Below, one piece after another: positions 1 to 9,422 of a DNA stretch of 64,000 nt (its first letter is position 1; every line of letters begins with the position of its first letter). Made by a program: the position numbers and the translations under genes. Below the pieces are notes generated by a model that ran no database searches, had not been told where the DNA came from, and saw only the letters and a list, made by a program, of their open reading frames with translations. The DNA comes from Coriobacteriales bacterium. Its GTDB lineage: Bacteria; Actinomycetota; Coriobacteriia; Coriobacteriales; UBA8131. The DNA lies in NCBI GenBank assembly GCA_031290175.1, contig JAITOC010000009.1:10285-74284 (forward strand). The letters run 5' to 3'.

Positions 1-654
1 CAGTGTGGGCACCGCAGAAAGTGCGAGATTTGAGATGAATGCGACAAAGAAAAGGTTGCAGAGGATGGCAAGCACGCCGAGCAGCAGGTGGCCGGCGAAC
101 ATGTTGGCAAAGAGTCGAACGGAGAGCGTGAGCAGGCGCAGGACATTGGATACCAGCTCAAGAAGCCAGATGAAGGCCGCGAGCGGCGCAGGCTTCAGCC
201 CTTTGGGGGCAAAACTCTTGAGGTAGTGCAGGCCACCCTGCTTCTTGATGCCGTGATAAGTGAAGTACACAAATGAGATGGCCGCAAGTGTCACAGTTGT
301 GCCCATGGTGCCCGTTGCCGCCTTCGCGCCTGGTATGAGCCCCACCATATTGGAGACAAGAATGAAAATGAAAAGTGTGAGGAGAAAAGGGATATGCTCC
401 CGCGCGGAGTTGCCAAGCACGCCGTAGCCTACATCCTTTTGCCCGAAGTCGACGAAGAACTCGACGACGCCAACAAAACGGTTGCGTGGCACGAGCGCAA
501 GCTGTGATTTTGCCATGAATACGATGAGGAGGATGAGCAGGGTGATGAAGATGACATATAAAGTGTAAGCAGTGACAGGGCCAAACATCTCGGTACTGAT
601 CAGCGAACTCTTCAGGTACCCGACCTCGGCTTTCAGGTGCTCAAAAGGATCCAA
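1..654 (-). CDS. atpB: F0F1 ATP synthase subunit a (partial; C-terminus runs off the left window edge)
   Basis: Not in the supplied ORF track because there is no stop inside the window. My manual minus-strand translation starts at TTG 652-654, preceded by AAGGAGG, and stays open to position 1. It reads LDPFEHLKAEVGY...VSNVLRLLTLSVRLFANMFAGHLLLGVLAI, which contains the conserved subunit-a Arg/NxxAGH motif. Confidence 0.85.
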   Translation of the reverse strand, partial: MDPFEHLKAEVGYLKSSLISTEMFGPVTAYTLYVIFITLLILLIVFMAKSQLALVPRNRFVGVVEFFVDFGQKDVGYGVLGNSAREHIPFLLTLFIFILVSNMVGLIPGAKAATGTMGTTVTLAAISFVYFTYHGIKKQGGLHYLKSFAPKGLKPAPLAAFIWLLELVSNVLRLLTLSVRLFANMFAGHLLLGVLAILCNLFFVAFISNLALSAVPTL

Positions 655-693
655 CGCTCCGCTCCTCCTTTGACTCTATCACGTTTATTGCCA

Positions 694-978
694 TCAACGA
701 CGCGCCAGCCGAAAAGTATACACCACCATGGCAAAAAGAAAGCTCAGAATGCAGCTAATCCCAAAAACCAGTAGGTGAGAAGGCGCGATAAAGCGGCAAA
801 CAGCAATCTCAGCAACCAAAACAGCAAAGGAAACGAAGGTCATCAACATCCCCATAGCGATCATGCTGAAACCCGCTGCGCTCGGTTCTTTGGGTCGGGT
901 TTTTGCAGAGAAGAGATGAGGAATGAAGCCTATGAGCCCTGCTGCAACGCCGAGCAACACAGTCAGAACAAGCGTCAT
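694..978 (-). CDS. small integral membrane protein, AtpI-like by position
   Basis: 94 aa and very hydrophobic (about 3 helices). It lies directly upstream of atpB, where atpI sits in many atp operons. There is no diagnostic motif, so the call rests on position only. Confidence 0.4.
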   Translation of the reverse strand: MTLVLTVLLGVAAGLIGFIPHLFSAKTRPKEPSAAGFSMIAMGMLMTFVSFAVLVAEIAVCRFIAPSHLLVFGISCILSFLFAMVVYTFRLARR

Positions 979-1445
979 GCCTGCCCCCCAGGCGTGTAGA
1001 GACGCAGAAGGATGCCCGCCTCAGCAAGCATGTCCTGCGTCAGGTCATCAGGATAGGATTCCTCATACACGATCTCCTTGATTCCGGCGTTTATCAGAAT
1101 CTTGGCACAGAGGATGCAGGGCTGTGTTGTGCAGTAGACGGTAGAGCCGTCGATGTTGATGCCGTACTTGGCTGCCTGGATGATAGCATTTTGCTCGGCA
1201 TGGAGGCCGCGACATATCTCATGGCGCTGCCCTGAGGGAATGCCGAGCTGCGCACGCAGACAACCACGCGTCAGGCAATGCTCGATACCCGCTGGCACAC
1301 CATTGTATCCCGTTGCAAGGATGCGCTTGTCCCGCACGAGCACGGCACCGACAGCCCTACGCAGACAGGTCGTACGTCGCGCAACCTGATGCGCTATCTC
1401 CATGAAGTATTGATCCCAGCCGGGTCGAGCATCCGCTCCACCCAT
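975..1445 (-). CDS. deoxycytidylate (dCMP) deaminase, ComEB family
   Basis: 156 aa with zinc-deaminase motifs HAEQNAI and [14 protein letters not shown]. It overlaps the downstream ORF by 4 nt. Confidence 0.88.
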   Translation of the reverse strand: MGGADARPGWDQYFMEIAHQVARRTTCLRRAVGAVLVRDKRILATGYNGVPAGIEHCLTRGCLRAQLGIPSGQRHEICRGLHAEQNAIIQAAKYGINIDGSTVYCTTQPCILCAKILINAGIKEIVYEESYPDDLTQDMLAEAGILLRLYTPGGQA

Positions 1446-2113
1446 TATTTCGTCCCAAAGATGCGGTCGCCAGCATCACCAAGACCGGGGATGATATAGG
1501 CATGCTCATCGAGATGGTCATCGATGGCGCAGGTATAGATGTTGACTCCGGGATCGGTCTCTACGACGGCCTGAATGCCTTCGGGGGCAGCGATGATTAC
1601 GAGTAGGCGTATCTGATGCGCGGGCACACCCTCCGCCTTCAGGAACTCGATGGCCGCGCAGGCCGACCCTCCCGTTGCGAGCATAGGATCGACGATGAGC
1701 ACCTCGCGGGTCTCTATATCGTCGGGCAACTTGCAGTAATACTCGACCGGCATATGCGTCTTTGGGTCACGGTAGAGACCGACATGCCCGACACGAGCCG
1801 CCGGAATGAGCTCCAGTATCCCCTCGACCATGCCGAGGCCGGCACGCAGGATAGGCACTACAGCTACCTTGCGGCCCTTGAGTGTATAGGAGATCGTCTC
1901 GCAGATGGGGGTCTTTACCATCGTAGGCTCGAGTTGGAAATGCCTCGTAGCCTCGTAGCCCTCGAACATCGCAAGCTCCTTGATGAGCTCGCGAAACTTC
2001 TTGGAGCCGGTATCCTTGTTGCGCAGGATAGTGAGCTTGTGTTGCACCATCGGATGATCGATAACCGTCACGCGCTTTGAATAGCCCGGTATGTCAATGT
2101 GAGCCTCAGCCAT
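1445..2113 (-). CDS. upp: uracil phosphoribosyltransferase
   Basis: 222 aa. Contains [19 protein letters not shown] and the PRPP-binding stretch [12 protein letters not shown], both typical of Upp. Confidence 0.93.
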   Translation of the reverse strand: MAEAHIDIPGYSKRVTVIDHPMVQHKLTILRNKDTGSKKFRELIKELAMFEGYEATRHFQLEPTMVKTPICETISYTLKGRKVAVVPILRAGLGMVEGILELIPAARVGHVGLYRDPKTHMPVEYYCKLPDDIETREVLIVDPMLATGGSACAAIEFLKAEGVPAHQIRLLVIIAAPEGIQAVVETDPGVNIYTCAIDDHLDEHAYIIPGLGDAGDRIFGTK

Positions 2114-2122
2114 TATCTGTCC

Positions 2123-3373
2123 TTACAGGTCGGGGTATAGGGGATGTGCGGCGAGCAGGTCGGTGACCGCATTGCGCACCTTGGTCAGAGCGATCTGGTC
2201 GTCATGCTCGAAAATGACGCGCGCGATAAGCGAACCTATCAGGCGTGCTTCGTCCTCTTTGAATCCGCGCGTCGTCATGGCGGCGGATCCCACACGGATA
2301 CCGCTCGTCACAAAGGGAGAACGAGTCTCATTGGGGATGGAGTTTTTGTTGACGGTGAGCCCAGCGGCATCGAGGATGTTCTCGGCCTCCTTGCCCGTGA
2401 CATCGGCAGCCGTCAGATCGACCAGAGCGAGATGATTGTCCGTCCCACCTGATACGAGGCGGAGACCGCCTTCTTCCATAGCCTCGCCCATGGCCTGCAT
2501 ATTCTTCACGATCTGTGCGGTATATGCCTTGAACTCAGGTCTGAGCGCCTCGCCGAAGGCCACCGCCTTTCCGGCGATGACGTGTTGGAGCGGGCCTCCC
2601 TGCGAGCCGGGGAAGATGGCTTTGTCTATTCTGACAGCAATCTCTTCGTTGTTGGTCATCAGAAAACCGCCGCGCGGACCACGCAGGGTCTTGTGCGTCG
2701 TTGAGGTAACGAGGTCTGCGTATGGTACGGGGCTCGGGTGTGAACCCCCGGCAATCAGACCGGCGATATGCGCAATATCAACCATCAGGTAGGCATCAAC
2801 GCTTCGGGCTATGGCCGCAAAACGCTCGAAGTCGATGATGCGCGGGTACGCACTCGCTCCAGCGATTATCATCTTGGGTCGAGTTTTCTGCGCGATACGC
2901 TCGACCTCATCCATATCGATGGTCTCCTTCTCGAGACAGACCCCGTAGGAGACTATGTTGTACAGAAGCCCTGAGAAGTTCACAGGCGAGCCGTGTGTGA
3001 GGTGCCCGCCATGCGCAAGACTCATGGCAAGAACCGTGTCGCCCGGCTGCACGAGCGTGAGGTAAGCGGCGATATTTGCTGAGACGCCGCTATGGGGTTG
3101 CACGTTGACGAAGCCCACACCAAAGAGCTCCCTGGCACGGTCGATGGCGAGCTGTTCAACCTCATCGACAACATGGCAGCCACCATAATAACGCTTGCCC
3201 GGATATCCCTCGGCATATTTGTTCGTGAGAACGCTACCCACCGCTTCCATCACAGCGGGTGATACGAAGTTCTCTGACGCAATGAGCTCTATCTGAGTTT
3301 GTTGACGTCCTCGTTCGTCTTGCAGTATCTGAGCCACAAGGGGGTCTTGCGCAGATAGTGATTCCCGTAACAT
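2123..3373 (-). CDS. glyA: serine hydroxymethyltransferase
   Basis: 416 aa. Contains [16 protein letters not shown] and the PLP-lysine region [15 protein letters not shown]. Confidence 0.96.
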   Translation of the reverse strand: MLRESLSAQDPLVAQILQDERGRQQTQIELIASENFVSPAVMEAVGSVLTNKYAEGYPGKRYYGGCHVVDEVEQLAIDRARELFGVGFVNVQPHSGVSANIAAYLTLVQPGDTVLAMSLAHGGHLTHGSPVNFSGLLYNIVSYGVCLEKETIDMDEVERIAQKTRPKMIIAGASAYPRIIDFERFAAIARSVDAYLMVDIAHIAGLIAGGSHPSPVPYADLVTSTTHKTLRGPRGGFLMTNNEEIAVRIDKAIFPGSQGGPLQHVIAGKAVAFGEALRPEFKAYTAQIVKNMQAMGEAMEEGGLRLVSGGTDNHLALVDLTAADVTGKEAENILDAAGLTVNKNSIPNETRSPFVTSGIRVGSAAMTTRGFKEDEARLIGSLIARVIFEHDDQIALTKVRNAVTDLLAAHPLYPDL

Positions 3374-3447
3374 CGTCTCCCTTTCAAATGGGCTTTCGTG
3401 GTGTTGTCAGCGTGCCATAGTCACGCCTCAGACATAGTACACCTTTT

Positions 3448-3918
3448 CTATTTCCTGTCAGCAAAGAAAGCACTCTTGCTTTCCGATGCGGTGATCTTGG
3501 CTACGCGGTCGGCATGGCGCCCACCGCCAAAGGAGGTCTCGAGAAAGGCTTTGATGATTAACTTGTTTGTGGGGAGATCGACAAAGCGCCCTGAGAGCGC
3601 GATGACGTTGGCATCATTATGCTCACGGGCGATGGCGGCGAACTCCGGTGTGGTGATGTTGGCCGCACGGATGCCGGGCACCTTGTTGGCAGCTATCGCC
3701 ATGCCTATGCCCGTGCCGCAGACGAGTACGCCGAAGTCAGCCTTACCCGCAGCGAGCCCCCGGGCTACAAGAGCGGCATAGTCCGGATAATCGACACGCT
3801 CCTCACTGTGTGGTCCGAAGTCATCCACCTCGTAACCCTGCTCGCTGAGCCAGTGGCTCAGCTGCTGCTTCTGCTCAAAGCCGGCGTGGTCGCTTGCCAG
3901 CGCAATCCTCAATGCCAT
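3448..3918 (-). CDS. rpiB: ribose-5-phosphate isomerase B
   Basis: 156 aa. Contains RIALASDHAGFEQK and VLVCGTGIGMAIAANKVPGIRAA, typical of RpiB/LacAB. Confidence 0.9.
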   Translation of the reverse strand: MALRIALASDHAGFEQKQQLSHWLSEQGYEVDDFGPHSEERVDYPDYAALVARGLAAGKADFGVLVCGTGIGMAIAANKVPGIRAANITTPEFAAIAREHNDANVIALSGRFVDLPTNKLIIKAFLETSFGGGRHADRVAKITASESKSAFFADRK

Positions 3919-4499
3919 GGAATCGCTCCTTCTCTCAAGAGGACTGGTTCATGCCCTGTACAGGATACTATAGTCGAAGGGATGCCGCCCGGGCTTATGC
4001 CGCCATCGATGACAAGAACGACCCCGTTGACGAGCGCAGGATCAAGTGCCCTTACCGATAGCGCGGGGGGCATGCCGGAGCGGTTCGCACTTGTCGCGGC
4101 CAAAGGGGTTCCGAGCGCTTCAAGCAGGGCGAGCGTGGCTGGATGTGCCGGGTATCTGACGGCTATGGTTCCCGCATCCGACTGGAACTGCCGCGGCACG
4201 GCCGATGATGCCTTGACCACGAGCGTGAGCGCCCCCGGCCAATGCTGGTCAGCCAGCGCAAAGGCATACTCCGGAACCTCTCGACCAAGCTCTTGCAGTT
4301 GTTCGCCCGCTCCGATGAGCAGCGGCAGAGTTTTGCCGCGATCACGGTTCTTGAGGACAAAGACGGCATCGGGGGAGGTCTTCTCGCTTACCGCGACTCC
4401 GAGCCCATAGACCGTATCGGTCGGAAAGACCGCCACAGCGCCACCGCGCAACAGGCGCACTGCTACAGCAAAATCATGCGGATTGGTGGATAGTATCAT
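3909..4499 (-). CDS. tsaC: L-threonylcarbamoyladenylate synthase (TsaC/YwlC/Sua5 domain)
   Basis: Has the YrdC-fold motif FPTDTVYGLG. The ORF is open to 4547, but ATG at 4499 is preceded by AAGAGGAG and 4547 has no SD, so the start is uncertain. Confidence 0.8.
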   Translation of the reverse strand: MILSTNPHDFAVAVRLLRGGAVAVFPTDTVYGLGVAVSEKTSPDAVFVLKNRDRGKTLPLLIGAGEQLQELGREVPEYAFALADQHWPGALTLVVKASSAVPRQFQSDAGTIAVRYPAHPATLALLEALGTPLAATSANRSGMPPALSVRALDPALVNGVVLVIDGGISPGGIPSTIVSCTGHEPVLLREGAIPWH

Positions 4500-4545
4500 T
4501 TTAAATCGGCTCCTCTTAACGCTTGCATCCAGTATACTGCGAGAC

Positions 4546-5706
4546 ATGAAATCACACAGGCACAGTTACCTGATAACCTTTGGCCATATCTGCACTGATA
4601 TTACTCAGGGCGGCCTGCCAGCGATGCTCCCTTTTCTTATCGGTGCCTATGGGCTCAGCTACATGCAGGCTGCTGCGCTGATGTTTGCTTGCAGCATCGT
4701 CTCTTCTGTGGTTCAGCCGCTTTTTGGGTATATGGGAGACAAGCTGGATCGCCCCTGGTTCATGAGCCTCGGCATCCTGCTTGCTGGCGTAGGCATTGCG
4801 GCCATAGGCTTTGTTGAGAACTATTGGCTGATGTTCCTCTCCGCCTCGGTCTGCGGAGTAGGCGTGGCGCTCTTCCATCCCGAAGGGGGCAAGCTCGCAA
4901 ACGTCATAGCAGGCAGCAATAAGGGAGCCGGGCTTTCCAACTTCTCCGTTGGGGGCAATGTCGGCTTTGCCTTGGGGCCGCTTATCGCCACCTTTGCCCT
5001 CGGGGTCTTTGGCATACACGGCACGGCGATCTTCCTCATCCCCACCATTGTGATGGCGGCAATCCTCCTGCGTCAGACGCCTGCGTATCAACACTTCAGT
5101 GCGCTTGAAGTAAAGCGCAAGCAGGCAAGTGGGCAAAGCGAGCTCAAGGATGACTGGGTGGGGTTCATGAAGGTGACGAGCATCAACTTCATGCGTTCTA
5201 TCATCGGCAACGGTCTCATCGTCTTTATCCCCTTGTATTGGATTGCCGTGCTCCACCAGCCCGTGCGGCTGGCAACGATAATGCTTACCCTCTTTTCGGG
5301 CTTCGGTGCCGTGGCAACCTTTTTTGGGGGACGCATCGCCGACAGGATAGGCTTCAAGCGCATGATCGTCATCAGCTATGTGCTGGCTGCTCCCCTGCTG
5401 CTCATCTTCGTCCTGACCTCAAACCTGATTCTGGCCACCGTGCTCGTAGTGCTTGTGTCCATATGTCAAAGCGCGGCCTACAGCCCCATCATCGCACTTG
5501 GGCAATCCTATCTGCCCTCGCGCCTGGGACTCGCATCGGGCATCTCGTTAGGGGTCGTAGTCAGCGTCGGCGGCATGACCTCACCGCTTATCGGCCTCGT
5601 TGGAGACAACTTTGGATTGACCGCCTCGATGGCAATACTTTGCGTCGTTGCCTTCCTGAGCGCCGGACTCTCACTCTTCGTCGCACGGCACAAGAGGAGC
5701 GGGTAG
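4546..5706 (+). CDS. MFS transporter (Fsr/fosmidomycin-resistance-like)
   Basis: About 12 hydrophobic segments. The N-terminus FGHICTDITQGGLPAMLPFL...VVQPLFGYMGDK resembles the Fsr subfamily. I chose ATG 4546 over the track start 4483, which lies inside the divergent tsaC region. Confidence 0.8.
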   Translation: MKSHRHSYLITFGHICTDITQGGLPAMLPFLIGAYGLSYMQAAALMFACSIVSSVVQPLFGYMGDKLDRPWFMSLGILLAGVGIAAIGFVENYWLMFLSASVCGVGVALFHPEGGKLANVIAGSNKGAGLSNFSVGGNVGFALGPLIATFALGVFGIHGTAIFLIPTIVMAAILLRQTPAYQHFSALEVKRKQASGQSELKDDWVGFMKVTSINFMRSIIGNGLIVFIPLYWIAVLHQPVRLATIMLTLFSGFGAVATFFGGRIADRIGFKRMIVISYVLAAPLLLIFVLTSNLILATVLVVLVSICQSAAYSPIIALGQSYLPSRLGLASGISLGVVVSVGGMTSPLIGLVGDNFGLTASMAILCVVAFLSAGLSLFVARHKRSG

Positions 5707-5725
5707 GTGCCTGTTTGAACGAGCA

Positions 5726-5770
5726 AAAGGATACGACCCCTTGCGCCATGCATGAGGGGTCGTATCCTTT
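5726..5770. terminator. bidirectional intrinsic terminator hairpin between convergent genes
   Basis: Perfect 16-bp inverted repeat AAAGGATACGACCCCT / AGGGGTCGTATCCTTT with a 13-nt loop. It has A/T runs on both flanks and sits between the MFS stop (5706) and the flavoprotein stop (5821). Confidence 0.7.
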
Positions 5771-5820
5771 ACGAAAACCGGGGCTTGCAGTGCGCCTGCA
5801 ACGCTTGCAAGGTGCGGTTT

Positions 5821-7566
5821 CTATGCCGTCTTGGTGATAACTGTGTCCTGTGCCAGCGCCTCGCCGACGAGGTGTCCGAAGGTCAGGGCGCGACCATGGC
5901 TGATGCCGGGGCAGTGCACCGGATAGCTGTTGCCAAAGAAGTCGCCTTGGGCGTTCCCAATTGCAAACAGTCCGGGAATCGGGTTGTCGTCCTCATCGCA
6001 GACCTGCGAATCGTCGTTGACGTGCAGGCCGAAGATACACACCAGCATGGTGGCTGCAATCGGCTGGGCAAAGAAGGGCGGGGTGTCGATTCTAGTAAGG
6101 AAGCGCTGCGGAATGCCGAAATCTCCATCGACCCCACTCTCGAACCAATTGTTATAGCGGTCGACCGTGGCCTTGAACGCGTCAACAGGAATGCCCAACT
6201 GCGTAGCCAGATCGTCCAGTGTGTCAGCCTTGACGATATGCTCGGCAGCGATGGCGGCCTCCAGCTGCGCACCTACCGTGGTTGGCTCCCCCGTCAGGAA
6301 GTCGAGGGGGTTCAAAGTCTCCTGATAGGTGGTGGGGAACTGTGACTGCACGTACTGAGCGTAGTTGCTATCGAATATCGACCAGGAGATATTGCCGGGC
6401 TGGTTCATGCGTGAGTTGGTGATATTGGGCTCGATGGCCATCTCGGCACCATAGCGCTTGCCGTTCTTGTTGACAGCCAACCAACACATAGAGATGGCAG
6501 AGAGCACGCCCTCCATATCAATCTGGTGCACCATGGGTGCCGCAGGGCTCTTGGAATACGCTGCTCCAGCCCACAGACCCATGGCGAGGCCATCTCCCAG
6601 GTTGCCGTTTTGCGGGGTATACATATTCGAGTCGGCACGCTTGCAGATGGGAGCCCATGCGTCGAGCATCGCCTCGTTGCCGGAGATGTCACCGGATGCC
6701 ATGATGACACCCTTGCTGGCGTTGTACTGCACGTGGGCACCGCTCTCGTCGGTGACGAAGACACCGGTTACCTTGCCCGAAGCATCCTGAACCAACTGCT
6801 CGGCATGTGTCTTGTATTTGAACTCCGCCCCATTAGCCAACGCCTCCTCATTAAGAGCGTTGATGATGCGGTAGTTGACGGTCTGCCCATCGGTCGTGAA
6901 CATGCCGTCGCCTTCTTTGATGAAGGAAACCGCATCGGGAAACTCACGCCAGACCTCCTCCAATTCTTCCCAGCCCCATTTGGCCGTGGGAGAAAGCGCG
7001 GGTACCATCTGAAGGCCACTTTTTGCGCCCAGTTCCTGGAGGTAATCAAAGACCCCACCCGAGCGGTAGGCCCACGTGCGTATCAGGCTGTAGTTCGCGG
7101 TCTGCTGCGACCAACGATAGACCAGCTTGGCCGCCTCGTCGGGATTGATGATGATACCGTTTTCCAGTTGCCACTTGCTGCCGATATGACCACAGTCAAC
7201 GCCGTGTGCGGTGAACTCCTCGGCCTGCTCTACGACAAGCACCTTCGCGCCTTTGGCGCTGGCAGCCTCCGCCGCCGCATTGCCGGAGATACCGGCACCG
7301 ATGATGATGATGTCAAAATCACCACCCTCGGTTGCGTCGGTTATCGCCGCTGGCTTCGTCTCCCAGGGACGTGTGTTTGTGGTCGAAGCGCCATCCGCAC
7401 CACCTGAAGGCGCATCGCCCGTGCCGCCCCCTTCACCCGTTGGCGCGCACGCGGCCAAGCCCGCCAAAGCGGCGGCTCCGCCCGCGACAACCGCCCCCTT
7501 CAAGAACGAGCGCCTGTCCATACCCTGCCCCATGGCCTTTTTTTCTTCCTTCTGCGAATCTGACAT
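5821..7566 (-). CDS. Tat-exported lipoprotein, FAD-dependent reductase of the fumarate reductase/FAD_binding_2 family
   Basis: Twin-arginine motif DRRSFLKG followed by lipobox LAAC. Has the dinucleotide fold DIIIIGAGISGNAAAE and a C-terminal GLFAIGN region. I chose ATG 7566 (GAAAGGGA upstream); the track start is 7596. Confidence 0.8.
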   Translation of the reverse strand: MSDSQKEEKKAMGQGMDRRSFLKGAVVAGGAAALAGLAACAPTGEGGGTGDAPSGGADGASTTNTRPWETKPAAITDATEGGDFDIIIIGAGISGNAAAEAASAKGAKVLVVEQAEEFTAHGVDCGHIGSKWQLENGIIINPDEAAKLVYRWSQQTANYSLIRTWAYRSGGVFDYLQELGAKSGLQMVPALSPTAKWGWEELEEVWREFPDAVSFIKEGDGMFTTDGQTVNYRIINALNEEALANGAEFKYKTHAEQLVQDASGKVTGVFVTDESGAHVQYNASKGVIMASGDISGNEAMLDAWAPICKRADSNMYTPQNGNLGDGLAMGLWAGAAYSKSPAAPMVHQIDMEGVLSAISMCWLAVNKNGKRYGAEMAIEPNITNSRMNQPGNISWSIFDSNYAQYVQSQFPTTYQETLNPLDFLTGEPTTVGAQLEAAIAAEHIVKADTLDDLATQLGIPVDAFKATVDRYNNWFESGVDGDFGIPQRFLTRIDTPPFFAQPIAATMLVCIFGLHVNDDSQVCDEDDNPIPGLFAIGNAQGDFFGNSYPVHCPGISHGRALTFGHLVGEALAQDTVITKTA

Positions 7567-7589
7567 GATTTCCCTTTCTCGCTGGGTCT

Positions 7590-7611
7590 CCCGCAACAGT
7601 GTTGTTGCGGG
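7590..7611 (-). other. GC-rich stem-loop in the 5' leader of the flavoreductase gene
   Basis: CCCGCAACA / TGTTGCGGG form a 9-bp stem with a 4-nt loop. On the mRNA it is immediately preceded by an orphan SD-like AAGGAGG, with no start codon at SD distance. Confidence 0.4.
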
Positions 7612-7733
7612 TGTTCCTCCTTCTTACAGGAACAGAGTACTCTGCCTGCAACTGAACATCAAGAGCCCGCGTTGAGCTACGAGAGACAACCAGAGCGAGG
7701 GGTTTCTGTTCAGGGTGGCAGTCCACGGTGCTA

Positions 7734-7762
7734 TTGACCAACTGGTCAATAGGGGCTATACT
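7734..7762 (+). promoter_or_regulatory. sigma-70-type promoter of the tetR-ABC operon
   Basis: TTGACC (7734-7739), a 17-nt spacer, then TATACT (7757-7762), about 50 nt upstream of the TetR start. Confidence 0.6.
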
Positions 7763-7782
7763 AGAGGTTGACCATCTGGTCA
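7734..7782. promoter_or_regulatory. two TetR-type operator palindromes (TTGACCA-NN-TGGTCA)
   Basis: TTGACCAACTGGTCAA at 7734-7749 overlaps the -35 element. TTGACCATCTGGTCA at 7768-7782 lies just downstream of the -10 element. Confidence 0.5.
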
Positions 7783-7811
7783 GCAGGAGTAGGCCGTTGA
7801 GGGGAATGTAG

Positions 7812-8489
7812 ATGCAGGCGGTGACACGTGATGGCAAGTATGGACAGTTCCACAGAGCAAGCGCTGAAAAGCGCGAGCGCATCCTGCATGCGGCTTTGGA
7901 GGAGTTTGCGGATAAGGAATATGCACAGGCGTCCACCAATGCCATCGTTGCACGTGCGGATATAAGCAAAGGATTGCTCTTCCATTACTTTGGCGATAAG
8001 GCCGGACTGTTCCGCTACCTGTTGGCTCATGTCACCGAGGCCTTGACCGAAGACATCTTTACGCAGACCAACATGCAGGGCAGTGATGTGTTCGATGTCC
8101 TCCATAAAATCATACAGGCAAAACTACAAACAACCGCAAACCACCCACTCGAGGTGCGTTTCTACGCGCGCGCCCTCACGAGCGACCTGCCCCCGAAAGT
8201 GCGCGATGTCCTCGAAAACGCCATCAGTCAATCATATGACAGCTTGAACCTCATCTCAGACCACCTTGACGCACGTCTTCTTAAGGAGGGGCTGGACAAG
8301 AAGCAGGTGGTAAAGATCATCAAATGGGTGAGCGAGGGAATGACCAACGAGATACTGGCTTCCCTCGACCCCACAAGCAACATCGATGAGTATTCTCAGG
8401 TATACGGGCTTGCGGAAGATTACTTCGGCCTTCTCCGCTGGCTGCTCTATAAGAAGATTAACAACAAAGGCGAAGAGGTGTTTGTATGA
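7812..8489 (+). CDS. TetR/AcrR family transcriptional regulator
   Basis: 225 aa with N-terminal HTH RILHAALEEFADKEYAQASTNAIVARADISKGLLFHYFGDK. ATGA overlap with the downstream ABC ATPase. Confidence 0.9.
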   Translation: MQAVTRDGKYGQFHRASAEKRERILHAALEEFADKEYAQASTNAIVARADISKGLLFHYFGDKAGLFRYLLAHVTEALTEDIFTQTNMQGSDVFDVLHKIIQAKLQTTANHPLEVRFYARALTSDLPPKVRDVLENAISQSYDSLNLISDHLDARLLKEGLDKKQVVKIIKWVSEGMTNEILASLDPTSNIDEYSQVYGLAEDYFGLLRWLLYKKINNKGEEVFV

Positions 8490-9415
8490 GTGTTCTGGAG
8501 ACCTGCGGGCTAAAGAAGCGCTTTGGTAAGACCTGGGCTTTGAGCGGCGTTGACCTAGTGGTCAACGAAGGGGAGGTGTATGGCTTCATAGGCCCGAATG
8601 GAGCGGGAAAGTCCACCACCATCCGCGTGCTCCTCGGCATCATCAGAGCAACCGAAGGCGGCGCCACGGTCTTTGGCAAGGACGCATGGCGCGATGCCGT
8701 CGCTATCCACAAGCAGCTTGCCTTTGTCCCCGGTGACGTCAATCTCTGGCCCAATCTGAGTGGTGGTGAGGTCATCGACCTTTTCATGCGCATGCGCAAG
8801 GGTGCCGACAAGAAGCGTCGTGACGAGCTTATCCAGAAGTTCGACCTCAACCCGAGCAAGAAAACGGGCAGCTACTCAAAGGGCAATCGACAGAAGGTTG
8901 CACTCGTGGCGGCGCTTGCCAGTGAGGTTGACCTGTATGTTCTTGATGAACCGACCTCCGGTCTCGACCCCCTCATGGAGATTGTGTTCAGGGAGTGTGT
9001 GCAGGAGCTTGCACAGGCGGGCAAGACGGTCTTTCTCTCAAGCCATATCCTCAGTGAGGTCGAGCAGCTTTGCGACAAGCTGAGTATTATCCGGCAGGGC
9101 GTCATCGTCGATACCGGCACCCTGGATGACATGCGGCACCTCACGCATAACAAGGTCACTGTGCGTACGACTCAACCGCTTCTTGACCTCACGAGCCAGA
9201 GGGGCGTCCATGACGTGGTTGTCAAAGCGGGGTCAGCAGGTTCAGCGGGGGCAACAGGGGCTACGGATTCATTAGGGTCGGTTGAGTTTTCGATGGACAA
9301 CCGCTTTACCTCCTCGATTATGTCCTATCTCGCCCAGCATGAGGTACAGCAGATTGTCAGCGCACCTCCCACTTTGGAGGAGCTGTTCATAAGTCACTAC
9401 GGCATCGAAGCGTAG
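8486..9415 (+). CDS. ABC transporter ATP-binding protein
   Basis: Walker A GPNGAGKST, signature YSKGNRQK, Walker B LYVLDEPTSGLD. Has a low-complexity AGSAGSAGATGAT insert near the C-terminus. Confidence 0.9.
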   Translation: MSVLETCGLKKRFGKTWALSGVDLVVNEGEVYGFIGPNGAGKSTTIRVLLGIIRATEGGATVFGKDAWRDAVAIHKQLAFVPGDVNLWPNLSGGEVIDLFMRMRKGADKKRRDELIQKFDLNPSKKTGSYSKGNRQKVALVAALASEVDLYVLDEPTSGLDPLMEIVFRECVQELAQAGKTVFLSSHILSEVEQLCDKLSIIRQGVIVDTGTLDDMRHLTHNKVTVRTTQPLLDLTSQRGVHDVVVKAGSAGSAGATGATDSLGSVEFSMDNRFTSSIMSYLAQHEVQQIVSAPPTLEELFISHYGIEA

Positions 9416-9422
9416 AGGGTGG

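Noticed and set aside
5-276. Two plus-strand ORFs at the left edge (5-226 and 88-276).
   Set aside because: They are antisense to a clear atpB reading frame that is open over 1-654 on the minus strand and carries the subunit-a signature.
4483-4545. Track start (4483) for the MFS transporter, which would overlap tsaC by 65 nt head to head.
   Set aside because: The first 21 residues (MVDSIILNRLLLTLASSILRD) are not part of the MFS fold alignment. ATG 4546 sits 10 nt after a TATACT box, suggesting a leaderless or very short-leader start.
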